This document shows positions 1 through 14,310 of a stretch of DNA of 64,000 bases, piece after piece. Below the pieces are notes generated by a model, which was not told the DNA's origin, ran no database searches, and saw only the letters and a program-made list of their open reading frames with translations. How positions within the stretch are numbered: position 1 is the first letter of the stretch; every line of letters starts with the position of its first letter. The DNA comes from Eledone cirrhosa (taxonomy: Eukaryota): the NCBI GenBank assembly GCA_964016885.1, contig OZ024742.1:34658001-34722000 (forward strand), read 5' to 3'. The position numbers were made by a program, and so were the translations under genes.

Positions 1-31
<31 letters not shown>

Positions 32-33
<2 letters not shown>

Positions 34-166
34 GTAAAAGAGTCAGGACCCCGACGGCTGAGCTCCGACCGTTTGACTCCTTTCCAATATTACCCACTCT
101 ACTACCCTAAATATCGAGGAATCTGGTGCGTTATGGTCCACTTGGTTTCTTACCACACTTTCTTTG

Positions 167-170
<4 letters not shown>
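32..170 (+). mobile_element. Family A element with partly deleted hairpin
   Basis: CCCCGACGGCTGAGCTC plus tail TTACCCACTCTACTACCCTAA...TTACCAC in (TA)n. Confidence 0.75.
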
Positions 171-203
<33 letters not shown>

Positions 204-1412
204 AACATGTGTACACACTTCAATAGCATTCACTTACCTGTACAGGTAAGTGATTATACATATTTGTGAACACCCTATATATATGTGTGTGTGTGTTTGT
301 GAGCATATGTGTGAGTGCGCGTTCATTTGTGTTTATTGATTGTTTATATTACGTATCTTAGTGGCTCCACAAAATAAGTAGTGAGATCGATATGATGACT
401 AATCCCCATCAATGAAGTATGGCCAGATTGTAACAACTAAAACAAGCAAAAGAAAACTAATGTACGGGAAATAAAGTCAAAAGACTGCTACGTAAATATT
501 TATTCTTATGAAAATAGCAAAAGCTGTTTCTCATATAAGTACAACGTCAGAAATTCAGAGGGAGGGTTGTACGGGTACTTTATTTTATCGACCCCAGATG
601 AATGAAAGGCCAAATTGAGCTCAGCGAAGCTGGCAATCAAAGCTTAAAGAGTGGGAAGACAATACTGCGAGGTATTTTTTCCACGCTCTAACGATTCCGG
701 CTCTCCGCCAACTTATAACACAGCCGACTACGGGAGTCAAACCACGCATTGGCTGTATTAAAAGACTATGCTCGGGGCTTATACGCGTCATACGCTTACA
801 CATATCATTTAGAAAATACATTGCACACCTATTACGCAGCGAGTGTGTGTATGTGTATATGTGCGTATAGGAATAACTTCCTTGCCAAGGACGATTGTAC
901 TAGTTTATTGATCAACGGACCAAGCTGTTCGTGAAATTAATCTATAATATGCTGAGCATTCGACAGATATGTGTACCCTGTCTGACGAAGCTCGCTCTTT
1001 GAATTATAGATGCAACTCATTTTTCCTAACAGAGTGGAGTGGAGCAACGTGAAATATTGTAGATTGTTCACGGGCGCAATGCACCACTAGGAATCGAACT
1101 CCTAACATTACGGTCGTAAGGCAATCACCTTAACCACATAGCCATAGCCACACGTTTTCACGGTTGAATAACATTCCAAAATCTAATAACTGCATATACA
1201 CATTTACAGATACAAAGCATATACACATGCACACATACAACTCAAAACATCCACATCCACACATACAATAACATCCATATCTACACATGCATGCATACAT
1301 AATCTACCTAGTTGATGTTGTGTAAATTCCAATGAGAGAGTCTTGTGTCTATGTTAGAAACCGACTCTCTCTCTCTATTGGGAAACAATTTGGGAAATTA
1401 TAAAACCAGAAG

Positions 1413-1468
<56 letters not shown>

Positions 1469-2346
1469 CCCAAATCTCATTTTATTCTTTCTTTGAGATA
1501 CCTACGTATTAGAGACAGTTAACTTTATGCTCCATCATTGTTTAGGCTGATTCAGACGGGTTCTGGCTGCTATCTCTAGCATTGATATAAACCGCTTATA
1601 TTGTCCAAATACATTGAGTAGAACATTTCCATACAGTAATTCAGTGTTGTGTCACGATGCTTCCCCATGTGGTCTACTAACGGCATGGTGTATATGATAT
1701 ATATTTTCAACTTGTCCCTTTGGGTGGAGTATATTCTTATGATAATTCAACGACACATCACATCGGCCACCATATAGGATCTAACAGTGAAATGGTATTT
1801 ATGATATATTTTCAACTTTTCCCCTCATTCTTATGAAGAATTCACTTCCCGATGAAGAAATTTCAATTCTTCCAACCTTGGTTATTCCAACGTCTTCGAA
1901 TTCCCGATGGTGTAACTTGATTTTCAGAAACAATGGTTGGACAATATATAAGTTACATTCACTTTCTTTTAGCTGATTTGACTTATATACCCTACCCGCA
2001 AAATGAGATTTGGCCTTATATTTTAATGATTCTCTGAGGAGATAAGTGATTTATTAAGTTATTAATGTATCTTGTCCTTTCATTGAGATGCCTACCGGTT
2101 AGAGACAGTTAACGTTACAGAGTTATACTTTAATATTACATTCATATATATATATATATATGTGCGTGTGTGTGTGTGTGTGTGCGTGTGTGCGTGTGGG
2201 TGTGCATATATATATATGCATACGTATATATATATATATGTATATATATACATATACATTTACATATATATATATATATATATATACGTATATATATATA
2301 TATATATACACATATATATATATACGTATATGTATATACAACAGGT

Positions 2347-2450
<104 letters not shown>

Positions 2451-2604
2451 CGAGCCAGACAATTAGATATCGCGTAGTACGTCTGTGTGTCTGTGTATGT
2501 ATACATACATTTGTATTTATATATATATGTATATACATACATACATACATATATACATATGTATATTCATACATATATACATATATATATATGTATATTT
2601 ATAC

Positions 2605-2788
<184 letters not shown>

Positions 2789-3299
2789 AATCAAAAGCAA
2801 TTTTCACTCTGAAATTCCAATTTCTCCAATAGCACTACATTAGTGCAGTATCGTTTTTTTTATGAAGCTTCCTTTTTTCTATCAGGCTGACATTTCTATT
2901 TCCAATCACGTAGAAGTATTGACACCTCTTGATCGATTCCAGCAGCTCGTTTTAGAACACTTCGTATCTATGACAGGTTGTGCAGCTGTTGTTGTGATAG
3001 CTCTAACATGATTGTTGTCTACTTAATAGGAATGTCTAACCTCAATCGCGAATCAGGAGTCCTTCCTATCAAAGATATTAACATTTTATTCGACATGAAT
3101 CGGTTTTAAAGGTCACCGTTTGTAGCTATTCCATGACCTTATACTTCTTTCGTTTTTCTGTAACCCCATTTCCACCAATATGAAAGTAAAAACTTTTTTA
3201 TATACATAAATATCGATATATAGATATAAATATATAGATAGATGTATAGTATATGCATATAAATATATAAATATATGTATATGATTATGAATATGTATG

Positions 3300-3382
<83 letters not shown>

Positions 3383-3444
3383 TATATATATACACATATA
3401 TATATGTATAGTATGTATATATATATATGTATATATGTATGTAG

Positions 3445-3950
3445 CATATTGTTTTGTTTTTCATCCATTGAATAAGAGTAAGGAAATTTGATTGAAGGCA
3501 TGTCCGGTCTCCCACTTCATTTATGACCTTCTGGAGCTTGGAATCATCTGCAAGGATTTTTATGTTGCTGTGCTTGCTGATGTCGATAATGTCATTGATG
3601 TAAGCATTTAAGAGAAGTCGTCCCAGCACAGTACTTTGTGGGACACTACTACTAACTTTGGCTGGGCTTAATTTTACTCCGACTACATGTTGGGGTCTCT
3701 TTGTCAGGAAATACATTATCAATTGCAGTAACTTTCCAGAGACAGCAATGCTGGATAGTTTTTTCAGTAGGATGTTGTGATCAAGCCTGTCAAATGCCTT
3801 GCTGAAATCAAGGTATATAACATCAGTGTTGGAGATCTCTCCCAAAGCTCTTAAAATGACATCAAAGTGATACAGGAACTGCTTTAGGCAGTCCCTTATA
3901 TTACGGAAGCCATGTTGTTTGGAGTTCAACAGATTGTTGGCCTCCAGAAA
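3445..3950 (-). pseudogene. Non-LTR retrotransposon (CR1/L2/Jockey-group) reverse transcriptase fragment
   Basis: QHGFR, DVIYLDFSKAFDRLDH, VPQSTVLG, YIND and LADDSKL motifs. Confidence 0.88.
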
Positions 3951-4068
3951 GTAAGTTATTCGTGATCTGACACCGTTTCATGTACCTATATTTGTACCGA
4001 TATTTGGGGTGTGCGTTTGTGTCTACATAGTATATATATATATGTATATGTATAAATATCTGTATATG

Positions 4069-4165
<97 letters not shown>

Positions 4166-4222
4166 AAATAGTAAAAAGGTAAACAAATACAATAGAAAAT
4201 GCTGGAGGAATATTTTTAGTAT

Positions 4223-4630
4223 TGTAGTGACCTACATTCCGCGGGCTCACATACATTCTCTGTGCGTGATTTGGCTCAGTTCAGCCAATCAGCGCCAGTA
4301 GAAGAGGATATATCCCTACGCGCCCTGAGGAAGAAATTCCCCGCGAGGATTTGAAGAATCTCTCTTGTACCAGAAACTTCGAACCAGCAACACGCATAAT
4401 GTAACGGTGAGATATTGCACCCTAGCCTCGCCGGCTTTTCGGCGCAATGGCACATTCCCTTTTGTAACCTCTTTTTATCTGTAACTTCAACCATATAAGT
4501 TAACAAACATTGTTTGTACTACATCAAAAATAAACATACATTTCATCTCTAATTTCTGCTGTTGAAATCATTATTATGTTACTCGTGTCTCAGTAACATC
4601 TATAATCCATGCTGCTGGAATTGGCGACCT
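4223..4630 (+). mobile_element. Possible LTR remnant with PBS-like TGGCGACC
   Basis: Starts TGTAG; has CCAAT (4286), AATAAA (4529) and TGGCGACC (4622). The canonical CA end is not clean. Confidence 0.3.
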
Positions 4631-4963
4631 GACGAAAGGAATATTGTAAATACTAAGATGGTAAATAGATCGAGGGACCTTCCCTCACGTCTATGTCGAC
4701 AAGATAATCCAACGAGAATACTATCACTTACCACACTGGCAACTCACGACTTCATACTGCTACTCAGTTAAAGTATCATATCAAAACATTTATTTATAAA
4801 GTGCGGAAACCCCCACTTTATAAATAAATGTTTTGATATTATACTGAAAAAATCCCTTCAACACTTTCCACTGTATTTTTTTAACCTTTTTACTATTTCT
4901 TTATATATATCAACTCGTGTGTCACTTTTCTACATTCCACACACACACATATATATATACGTG

Positions 4964-5052
<89 letters not shown>

Positions 5053-5053
5053 T

Positions 5054-5155
<102 letters not shown>

Positions 5156-5159
5156 ATAT

Positions 5160-5850
5160 ACGTGGAAAAACTAGAAATAGGAAAACATACCGTTAATACA
5201 TGTTTATTTAAAACACCACCTCCGTACGTTTCGCCCGGATGGGCTTCTCAAGGGCATAAATAACTAAAAAGTGTTTCTTACATGGCCCGGAAAGTGTTTT
5301 GGGGGGTAAGTTCACGTCAGAGTTCATTCTTCGCAAAAAAGCGTGTTTTGATTTTGCAGTAGGTCAAGGGAGGTAAATCTGGCCAGTGTTAGGGCAGTCT
5401 TTCCCGGACAAATTTTTTATCCGTTACAAGATGTGGTTACACCCTTACCATTGTCGATACGCACAGGGTCAGGTAAGCAACGGTTATTTTGAGACGTTTG
5501 TTTTCTTCACCTGCCCGCCTGGGTCATTTGAAGCTGGGTCTGGGATGCATGGTTAGTTTCCGGATGATTTTTGCAGCGCCTGCCCACCAGGGTGTTAAAG
5601 CTTGTTGCAGGGAGACCCGGTATACGGTTTCACTCCTCATCCTTATCACATCTGAAGAAGGATATTTTTAAGCGATGTGTACATCTTATCGTCGTTTCAG
5701 CTCTGCTGTTGATGAGCTCGTGGGGTGCCGTTATGATGTGGTAGAGCTCCATGAGGCAAAGATCGCACTTCCTCTTGAAGTTGTACGGTGCAGCCCTGCC
5801 GACAATATCCCAGTGCGTGGAGAAGCTTATGTTTAAGTCTTTTAATGATA
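5160..5850 (-). mobile_element. 3' end of a different, GC-richer PLE family inserted in (TA)n
   Basis: ORF 5630-5890(-) has WDIVGRAAPYNFKRKCDLCLMELYHII...INSRAE...CTHRLK, the PLE endonuclease C-terminal signature. An HHR-like motif lies at 5221-5255. Confidence 0.8.
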
Positions 5851-6354
5851 TATATATAACGTGCAAAATGATTACGTATTCTATAAACATGTGTTCCTTT
5901 AAATCAATCCCCGGTCAGACTCAGCGTGACACATTATTTGACAACACTAAAACTATGAATTACTTGTAGATTGCATCAGACAGTTTTTCACGCAGTTTCC
6001 ATCTACCAAATTTCACTCACCAGACGTAAGGCTCTGATACATATTCGCTCAACATGTTATGCAATGGGCTCAAAGAAGGGAGCCTATTGTTTGGTCTTTT
6101 AATTGCTGATACCATCTGCTGGTTGCAACTCTTGACAGTAGTTTCACATTATTTCTGATGACAAGAAGCAGGATTTGATCTTAAAATGCACAGAGCCGGA
6201 ACAAATACCGCAAAGCACCCAATCCATCCCGCCACGCCAGGACTGGTAGTTTTAAAAACTACCACTCGACTGCAAAATGATGAATAACAAAGTTGTCCTA
6301 GGTGGGATTTGAACTCATAATGTCGGAACAAAATATCACTAACAACTCTGTCAA

Positions 6355-6720
6355 ACCCTTTTTTTAGGGGGCGGGAGTTAAATGTGGAATTCTTCAACAA
6401 TGATTTACTTAATGGGCTGATAGCCTCTATACTTAACATTTAAACCACTATCAATTTACACCCCATTTATTTCTTGAATGAGACAGACACGCTGGATAAT
6501 GGCATCCTAACAACTTCAGTAATTATATTATCACTTTTACGAATCATCTATATTTTTGGTTTGTGGTGTTTTTTCACGGCTTTAATAGAGAACTCTGTTT
6601 CTATGGGGGAATTGTCACTAAATTCCTTCATATTAATCTTATTTTCACTGTCTGCCAATTTACTGTACCACGCTATTGTGACATAATCAAACTATTCATT
6701 GGTATTGCTTTCACAAAAAT
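6355..6720 (-). pseudogene. Possible degenerate piggyBac transposase C-terminus
   Basis: The minus strand has CHYPAC.SHSR..CK...EEFH-like remnants followed by an AGGGTT end. Confidence 0.22.
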
Positions 6721-7293
6721 ACGTTAACAGTACATTTATATAAAAACAATAAAAACAACAACAAAACTAACATATGTGATAATATATAATAAATAGCCGT
6801 TAGATATTGTTTTATTTCCTTTGTTTATTCTTTACACTAAATAAAAACTACATATTTTAAGACATTAAAAACAGAGATTGCCTCCCAACGGACTCCAAAC
6901 TATAACTTGCCTATTATGATATATATATATATTTATATAACTGGAACGCAAAACTTAACAATGTTATCTAGACATAGAGAAAAACATATGAAGCTATAGA
7001 CTTTAATTTAATTAACGGGCATTGTTGTCATTTCGATCAACCAATTGCAAAACAGAAACAAGTTATTTTATCATCTTTATGCGACAGGCAATATCCTCAA
7101 AGTATTGAATTCGCAAAAGTAATGATTCACAATGTTTTGGTGTGTCTCCGTAATGTAATAATTGAGAGTATATATTTAAAAGGAGAGAGCGAGAGTCTTT
7201 GTATTCTTTTATGTATACATTTTATGCAGAGCTCCCCTCCACCCACACATCCACACCCATACACACACACACACACACGTACGTATATATATG

Positions 7294-7324
<31 letters not shown>

Positions 7325-7354
7325 GTATATATATGTATATATATATACATATAC

Positions 7355-7452
<98 letters not shown>

Positions 7453-7699
7453 ACATATATATATATATATATATGACTATATATATAAATATATATATAT
7501 ATGTAGATAAATTATTTCTGAAGACAGCATATATATGTGTAGGTATGTATATTCCCTCTGATAGTTTGTAAAATTGTTACATAGATCTATATGATATACA
7601 TACCAACACACACACATATATATCCTAGAAACGATCGTAAAATGATGAATTTGTTAATATAAGGAACTGTTTCTTTCTTTTTATTCATTGTTTTTATTA

Positions 7700-7834
<135 letters not shown>

Positions 7835-8100
7835 GCGAAAGAAAGAGAGAGGGATAGTGAAAAAATTGTGTGGACGTTAGAAAACGTTCTATACAGTTCA
7901 CGTTATATAAGGGGTATGATAATAAAGTTGCGGGTTCGAAAAGCGCACCTGGTATATATATAAAAAAGGATCTTTATATCATGTACAAAAAATTGGTGTT
8001 AGCATAGCTTGCGTTTTCAGATTTTCAAAGACATTTCTCAGTAAGTTTAATTGTCCATTCAATCAGATTTTTGCTCGCTGTTTTATGATTGCGTGGTTTG

Positions 8101-8196
<96 letters not shown>

Positions 8197-8469
8197 ATAA
8201 GTATCGTCTTCCTGTCTTCCTCCGGTTGCAACGTTTTTTGAAATATACAGTTCTGCGTTTACAGATTGACTTTGTTAGTTTCAGAAGATCCCGTTAAGGG
8301 TGAAAGCAGCGATTCTTTGCTTAAACTTTAATCTGTTATTTTAATAAATATTTGCTCTACGATTCTTACATATTTGATATATATTTATCCTTATCGAGCC
8401 CTCTTTGGATTTTAAATTTATTATTATTATTATTATTTATTATTATTATTTCAAATTTATTATTATTAC

Positions 8470-9033
<564 letters not shown>

Positions 9034-9040
<7 letters not shown>

Positions 9041-9405
9041 ATATTAAATAAATGGAAACTATATTTATAAAACCATATTTATTCTATTATATATATTTCA
9101 ATGGTACCTAAACTTTGGTACGCTCTCATCGGATAAAATTCAAAATTTATTTTATAAATATTGTATTTTAACGGTTCAAGTTTTTCGTGGATAGTACTTT
9201 GTATTTTATCTGATGAGAGCGTAACAAAGTTTTGGTGCTCTTGAAATATATATAATAGAATAAATATGGTTTTATAAATATAGTTTCCATTTATTTAATA
9301 TCATTGAATATTATTCTCCAGAAAACTGTCGAGTGCTTCTAATCAGTTATAAACATATATATTTGTTTTGTTGAATTACCAACAAATTAAATATCCCTTT
9401 TTCTT
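9034..9405 (+). mobile_element. Short family B fold-back element (PLE terminal repeat only)
   Basis: 9034-9150 is inverted to 9200-9306, followed by a ~95-nt tail. Same termini as the giant palindromes; flanked by (TA)n. Confidence 0.82.
9202..9262 (+). ncRNA. Type I hammerhead (family B)
   Basis: TATTTTAT-CTGATGA-GAGC..GCTC-TT-GAAA-TATATA-TA-ATAGAATA. Stems differ in sequence from 51804 but pairing is kept. Confidence 0.68.
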
Positions 9406-9528
9406 ATATATATATATATATATATATGTGTATGTATGTATGTAAAAGCTAAACAGAAATAACAACACAATCGGTACAGTATATGGAAGGGATATATTAG
9501 GTTGACGCTTGATATAGCAGGAAGAGGG

Positions 9529-9564
9529 TCTTAACGTTTCGGATGCTAGTCCTTCATCAGAAGA
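9529..9564 (-). ncRNA. Minimal hammerhead; a degenerate copy of the same repeat lies at ~62371-62406(+)
   Basis: Minus strand TCTT-CTGATGA-A-GGA(CTAGCA)TCC-GAAA-CG-TT-AAGA. Confidence 0.58.
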
Positions 9565-10047
9565 AAGAATGAAAAATAAGATAGATTGAGGGGACGGGCG
9601 GATTAGAATTGGAAAATTACAGGTCCATTCATGTTCGGTATCAGGACATATGAATAAATTAAGGTATAAAACACCGCTCTTTATTACGACTTAATTCTTT
9701 TCCGTCCAGCCCGCATTGTCGTGGCTTTCAAAGTTCGAACTATATATATATGTGTGTTTGTATGTGTGAGTGCGTGTGTGATAAAGTTGTTAGAATTACG
9801 AATATAATGCATGGTGTTATTCGTATCAGCTCTTTGTCCATTGTGTTCAAACATTACGAGAGCAAATTTACCTGTCGGATTTGATACTATGAAGAAACCC
9901 AATTCTCCATGTAATCATCTTCTCCAACACTTCTGTCTTTCATTTGCTTCACGTGTTAATTACACACACACACACACATATATATATATGTATATATATA
10001 TGTGTGTGCGTGTGTGTGTGCATGTATGTGTGTGTAGATATATATAG

Positions 10048-10113
<66 letters not shown>

Positions 10114-10215
10114 GTATATATATATATATTTTATTGATAAATTCAAACCCAAGCTAAATGAACAATAATAACGCCTAGGGGTATTACTTCTACTACCACT
10201 ATGACCACGACCACT

Positions 10216-10251
<36 letters not shown>

Positions 10252-10349
10252 AATAATAATAATAATAAAAGTGATGTTGATGGTGAGGATTAATAGAAAA
10301 TGCTATTTTCATCATTTCAAAAAGCAAAACAATTGATACGTTGGGTATG

Positions 10350-10500
10350 ACTATTGGTCGTTAGCATGCTCAACCAGCCGTGACGCTTAAACCAATCAGC
10401 TGTAGTAATTCAGTGAAACTACACACTGATTGGTCGAAATACAGTTTACAGGGCTTTGCATTCTGGAGCCACTTTTCTCTGTATAAAATGTATAAAAGGT
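10350..10500 (+). promoter_or_regulatory. Candidate Pol II promoter: three CCAAT boxes and TATA box
   Basis: ATTGG 10353, CCAAT 10392, ATTGG 10429 (spacing ~38 bp); TATAAAA at 10482 and 10491. Confidence 0.45.
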
Positions 10501-10560
10501 AGGAAATTTACCCATCTCATTACAGTTGAAAATTGCAAACTCGACTGTCACCACATATCA

Positions 10561-10599
10561 TGAACCTGAAGATTGCGAAAGCATGAAAGTACTTGTTCA
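10561..10599 (+). ncRNA. Minimal type I hammerhead ribozyme
   Basis: TGAAC-CTGAAGA-T-TGC(GAAA)GCA-T-GAAA-GTAC-TT-GTTCA: perfect 5-bp stem I, intact core, palindromic GUAC loop III. Confidence 0.8.
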
Positions 10600-10925
10600 A
10601 TTAACACTTAGAATTTAATATTCTATCATACTATTTCATTATAATACCATTATATATATTTTAAAGGATTGTAAATAAAACGAGTAAATCAGACAAAGTT
10701 GGAATTCCTCTTATTAATATGTATATATATATATATATATATTGGTAAACGGAATAGAAAATGCTGACAAATTGTTCACAGTGAAAAATAGTTTAATTCG
10801 GAATAAGTGAGAATTATTAATTGTATTGGTTAGTATTCAGTTTTGGTTTCAAGTTTTACCGGTTGCGCATTTCTAATGCTTTTCAAAAATAATTTTGAGA
10901 TAGAGCGTCCGTGATGTTTGCTCTG

Positions 10926-10957
<32 letters not shown>

Positions 10958-10982
10958 GTATATATATGTATATATATATATA

Positions 10983-11049
<67 letters not shown>

Positions 11050-11342
11050 CTTAAAAAAATTAACAAAGAGTGGACAAGACAATGAACGAAAGGAAGACAA
11101 AACGAAAAACAATTCTTTCATGGAGAAACCTTAAAAGTTATTTAAATAAAATAAAAATACAAACAAAAGAGGACAGACAAAACATTAATTTTTAGCAATT
11201 AAGTAAAAGAATGTTCACATAGAATGTCATATGACCTCAGGGAGAAAGTGTGGTTCTTTTTACAGCACGAGAGTCTCATGAACGAAACGAAGGAAAGTAA
11301 GAAAAAAGGCAAGAAGAAGAAATAAGCAGTCGGGTCCTGAAT

Positions 11343-11430
<88 letters not shown>

Positions 11431-11437
<7 letters not shown>

Positions 11438-11681
11438 GTCCTTCATCAGTGATCTTCCAACCTTCATTGGTATTTCATCGCTTTAAAAATCATATGTATA
11501 GAATAAGAAAATGCGAAGTAGTTTCAGATGTTAAAGTTCTTTAATGATAATGGTGTGATACATATTTCAATGACGATAGTGCCCATGCATTTCCGTGTAC
11601 TCAGTGCTGTGACATCATCAAACAGCTTCTTACATAATAAGGTTATGTTCCCAAGGCAATCCAAATTGAATCGACAAGGCT

Positions 11682-11744
<63 letters not shown>

Positions 11745-11902
11745 AGAATTGAGTGCTGCGTGGTTGCACATGGGTTACATATGAATAAAATTAGTCCTTC
11801 ATCAGTGATTTTCCAACCTTTATTGGTATTTCATTGCTTTAAAGCGATGAAATACCAATGAAACTTGGAAAATCACTGATGAAGGACTAATTTTATTCAT
11901 AT
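11431..11902. repeat. Direct + inverted repeat element in (TA)n
   Basis: AAAATTAGTCCTTCATCAGTGAT...GCTTTAAA occurs at 11431 and 11787; the second copy folds back perfectly around TTTAAA (11780-11902). Confidence 0.7.
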
Positions 11903-11915
11903 ATATATATATATA

Positions 11916-12158
11916 TAGTGACGAAACATAAGTCAATTACATGAACTCATAATCCTTTATTTACTGTATATATATTTCGATGATAGCCATTCAATGGCTA
12001 TCATCGAAATATATATAGCAGTAAATAAAGGATTATGAGTTCATGTAATTGACTTATGTTTCGTCACTATTATATCTCCGGAACTTATATCTTCGTTGAG
12101 TGCTCCCTATCCGCAAACTGAAGTACTGGATTTTACCAACACTTACTCTTTCTTGCTT
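11916..12158 (+). mobile_element. Family E fold-back element (hairpin 11916-12070 + tail)
   Basis: About 75-bp near-perfect stem centred at GCCATTCAATGGC; tail with TTGAGTGCT...TTACCAAC; (TA)n flanks. Confidence 0.78.
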
Positions 12159-12222
12159 ATATATATATATATATATTTATGTATATATTGTGTCTCTCCC
12201 CCTCTATCTCTCTCTATCTATC

Positions 12223-12330
<108 letters not shown>

Positions 12331-12422
12331 TATATATATATATATACATACATATATGTATGTATATATATACATGTATGTATATATATACATACATATA
12401 TGTATGTATATATATATATATA

Positions 12423-12490
<68 letters not shown>

Positions 12491-12536
12491 GATAGATACA
12501 TGTATGTATATATATATATACATATATATGTGTGTG

Positions 12537-12601
<65 letters not shown>

Positions 12602-12662
12602 TATATATATATGTATAGATGTATATATATTTTTTCAAAAGCCTTAATATGTTTTAAGACAT

Positions 12663-12759
12663 TGTTTACTGATGAAGTTTTGGCGTCTTAATATATTATC
12701 TAATCATCTTAATTAATATATATTAATATATATGTTGAAACGAAACCGCTGTATAAGCA
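12663..12759 (+). ncRNA. Type I hammerhead with long AT-rich loop II
   Basis: TGTTTA-CTGATGA-A-GTTT...AAAC-GAAA-CCGCTG-TA-TAAGCA; 6-bp stem I and a GUA cleavage triplet. Confidence 0.6.
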
Positions 12760-14051
12760 CGAATGTGTATGTGGAATTATATTTCTATTTCAAAATGTAT
12801 TTTTCTCTTGCAATTCTTACTTTAATATACTGTAAATGTTTACACCTAGATATGAATTTGAAAAAATGAAGCTCTTCATTATTGTTTGAGTCTATATAAT
12901 ACTTGAGTTAAGTTGTAGGATATCCGAAATATATTTATTTTAGTCCTTTCTTGTATTATTATGTATATTACATTTGTAGGAAAATTTGTGAAATAAGAAA
13001 CAAAATCAGAGGCGTTACTTTTTAAATTATTCATCCATTAACTCAATATTATTTTACACTTGTTTATATAATGAAAATATTTCTGCAGTGAATAGTCGTT
13101 GTTATATTTTTTTCTTGTTTAGTTTAATTTTCCTCAAAAATTAATCAAGCAGAAACTTCGTCAGTTAAATTTGTTTGTATAACGAAGAAAATATTTGCAA
13201 GATATTTTACAAATATTGACATTAATCACATTATTAGTATTATTATTTCCGCGGTGGATTGTCAGTATCGGTAGAGGGTCGGACGCCATGCTTTGACGCA
13301 TAGAGCTACGCTGGGTCGAAAAAATCGACTTCCCCTCACCTTGAAATTGCTGGCCTTGTGCCTATACTAGAAATCATAATTATTATTATTATCGTTTTTG
13401 TTGTTGTTTATCAGCAGTAACGCCATGTACGAGGAGATAACAATTTAGATGTATTTTCAGACTCGACAGTACATAGATGTAGATTTGGTTATGTAATATA
13501 ATAATATATTGGTGGGCATAATAAGACGTCTTCCAAAATAATAAGATAACCTAGAACTTTGTAAGAAATGTGTGCCAAGACACTCTATTCCAATTTTACA
13601 TTTTCTGGTTTTGATATATTGCAATGTTTTGTTGAAGATTATAAATTGCCAGCTCAGCAGTTTTCCTGGTTCCTTGTTGTTGTTTTTTTGCTTGTTTGTT
13701 TGCTTTTTATTTGATAATTCCTCTTCTAGTCGCTATTCAATCAGTTCACGTCTTGACATTTGATACTCTATTCTAAACTTTCAAATAGTTTATAGATTTC
13801 CGCTTTGTGTTGATTGATTATATTCAATCTTATTCCAGATCAAAATGGAATTGGGTTTAATGTGAGGCCACCAGACTGAACTTGTAAAATGAATATTGCA
13901 ACTATTCAGAACTTTAAAATAAGCTAATTAGATGCTGAAATATATTTTTAGGTTCTGTTCAGTTTAGCATTTGTGAAATGGAACAGAAAAATCATAAGGA
14001 TATTTTTCAGTCACTACACAATATTTTAATTGGCATGTGTGTGTGTGTGTG

Positions 14052-14310
14052 ACAGCTCACGCCTATGCAGGTTTAGCTGGCCTCCTTCAAGGTATATCTC
14101 GTTGGAGGTGACTTGGGTAATTTAATGATAGGGAGTTCTATCATCTATTTAATGATAGGGAGTCCTATCATCTCATTTCTACAGCTGAGTAAACTGGAGC
14201 AACGTGAAATAAAGTGTCTTGCTTAAGGAAACAACACATCACCCGGTCCGAGAATTGAACTCACAACCTTTTGATTGCAATCCCAATGCTCTAACCACTA
14301 AGTCATGCGC
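14052..14310 (-). mobile_element. tRNA-derived SINE, family 1
   Basis: Reverse complement of 62012-62255. Confidence 0.8.

Noticed and set aside
11780-11902. Hammerhead at CTGATGAAGG (11876)
   Set aside because: No stem II closure or GAAA downstream in either copy.
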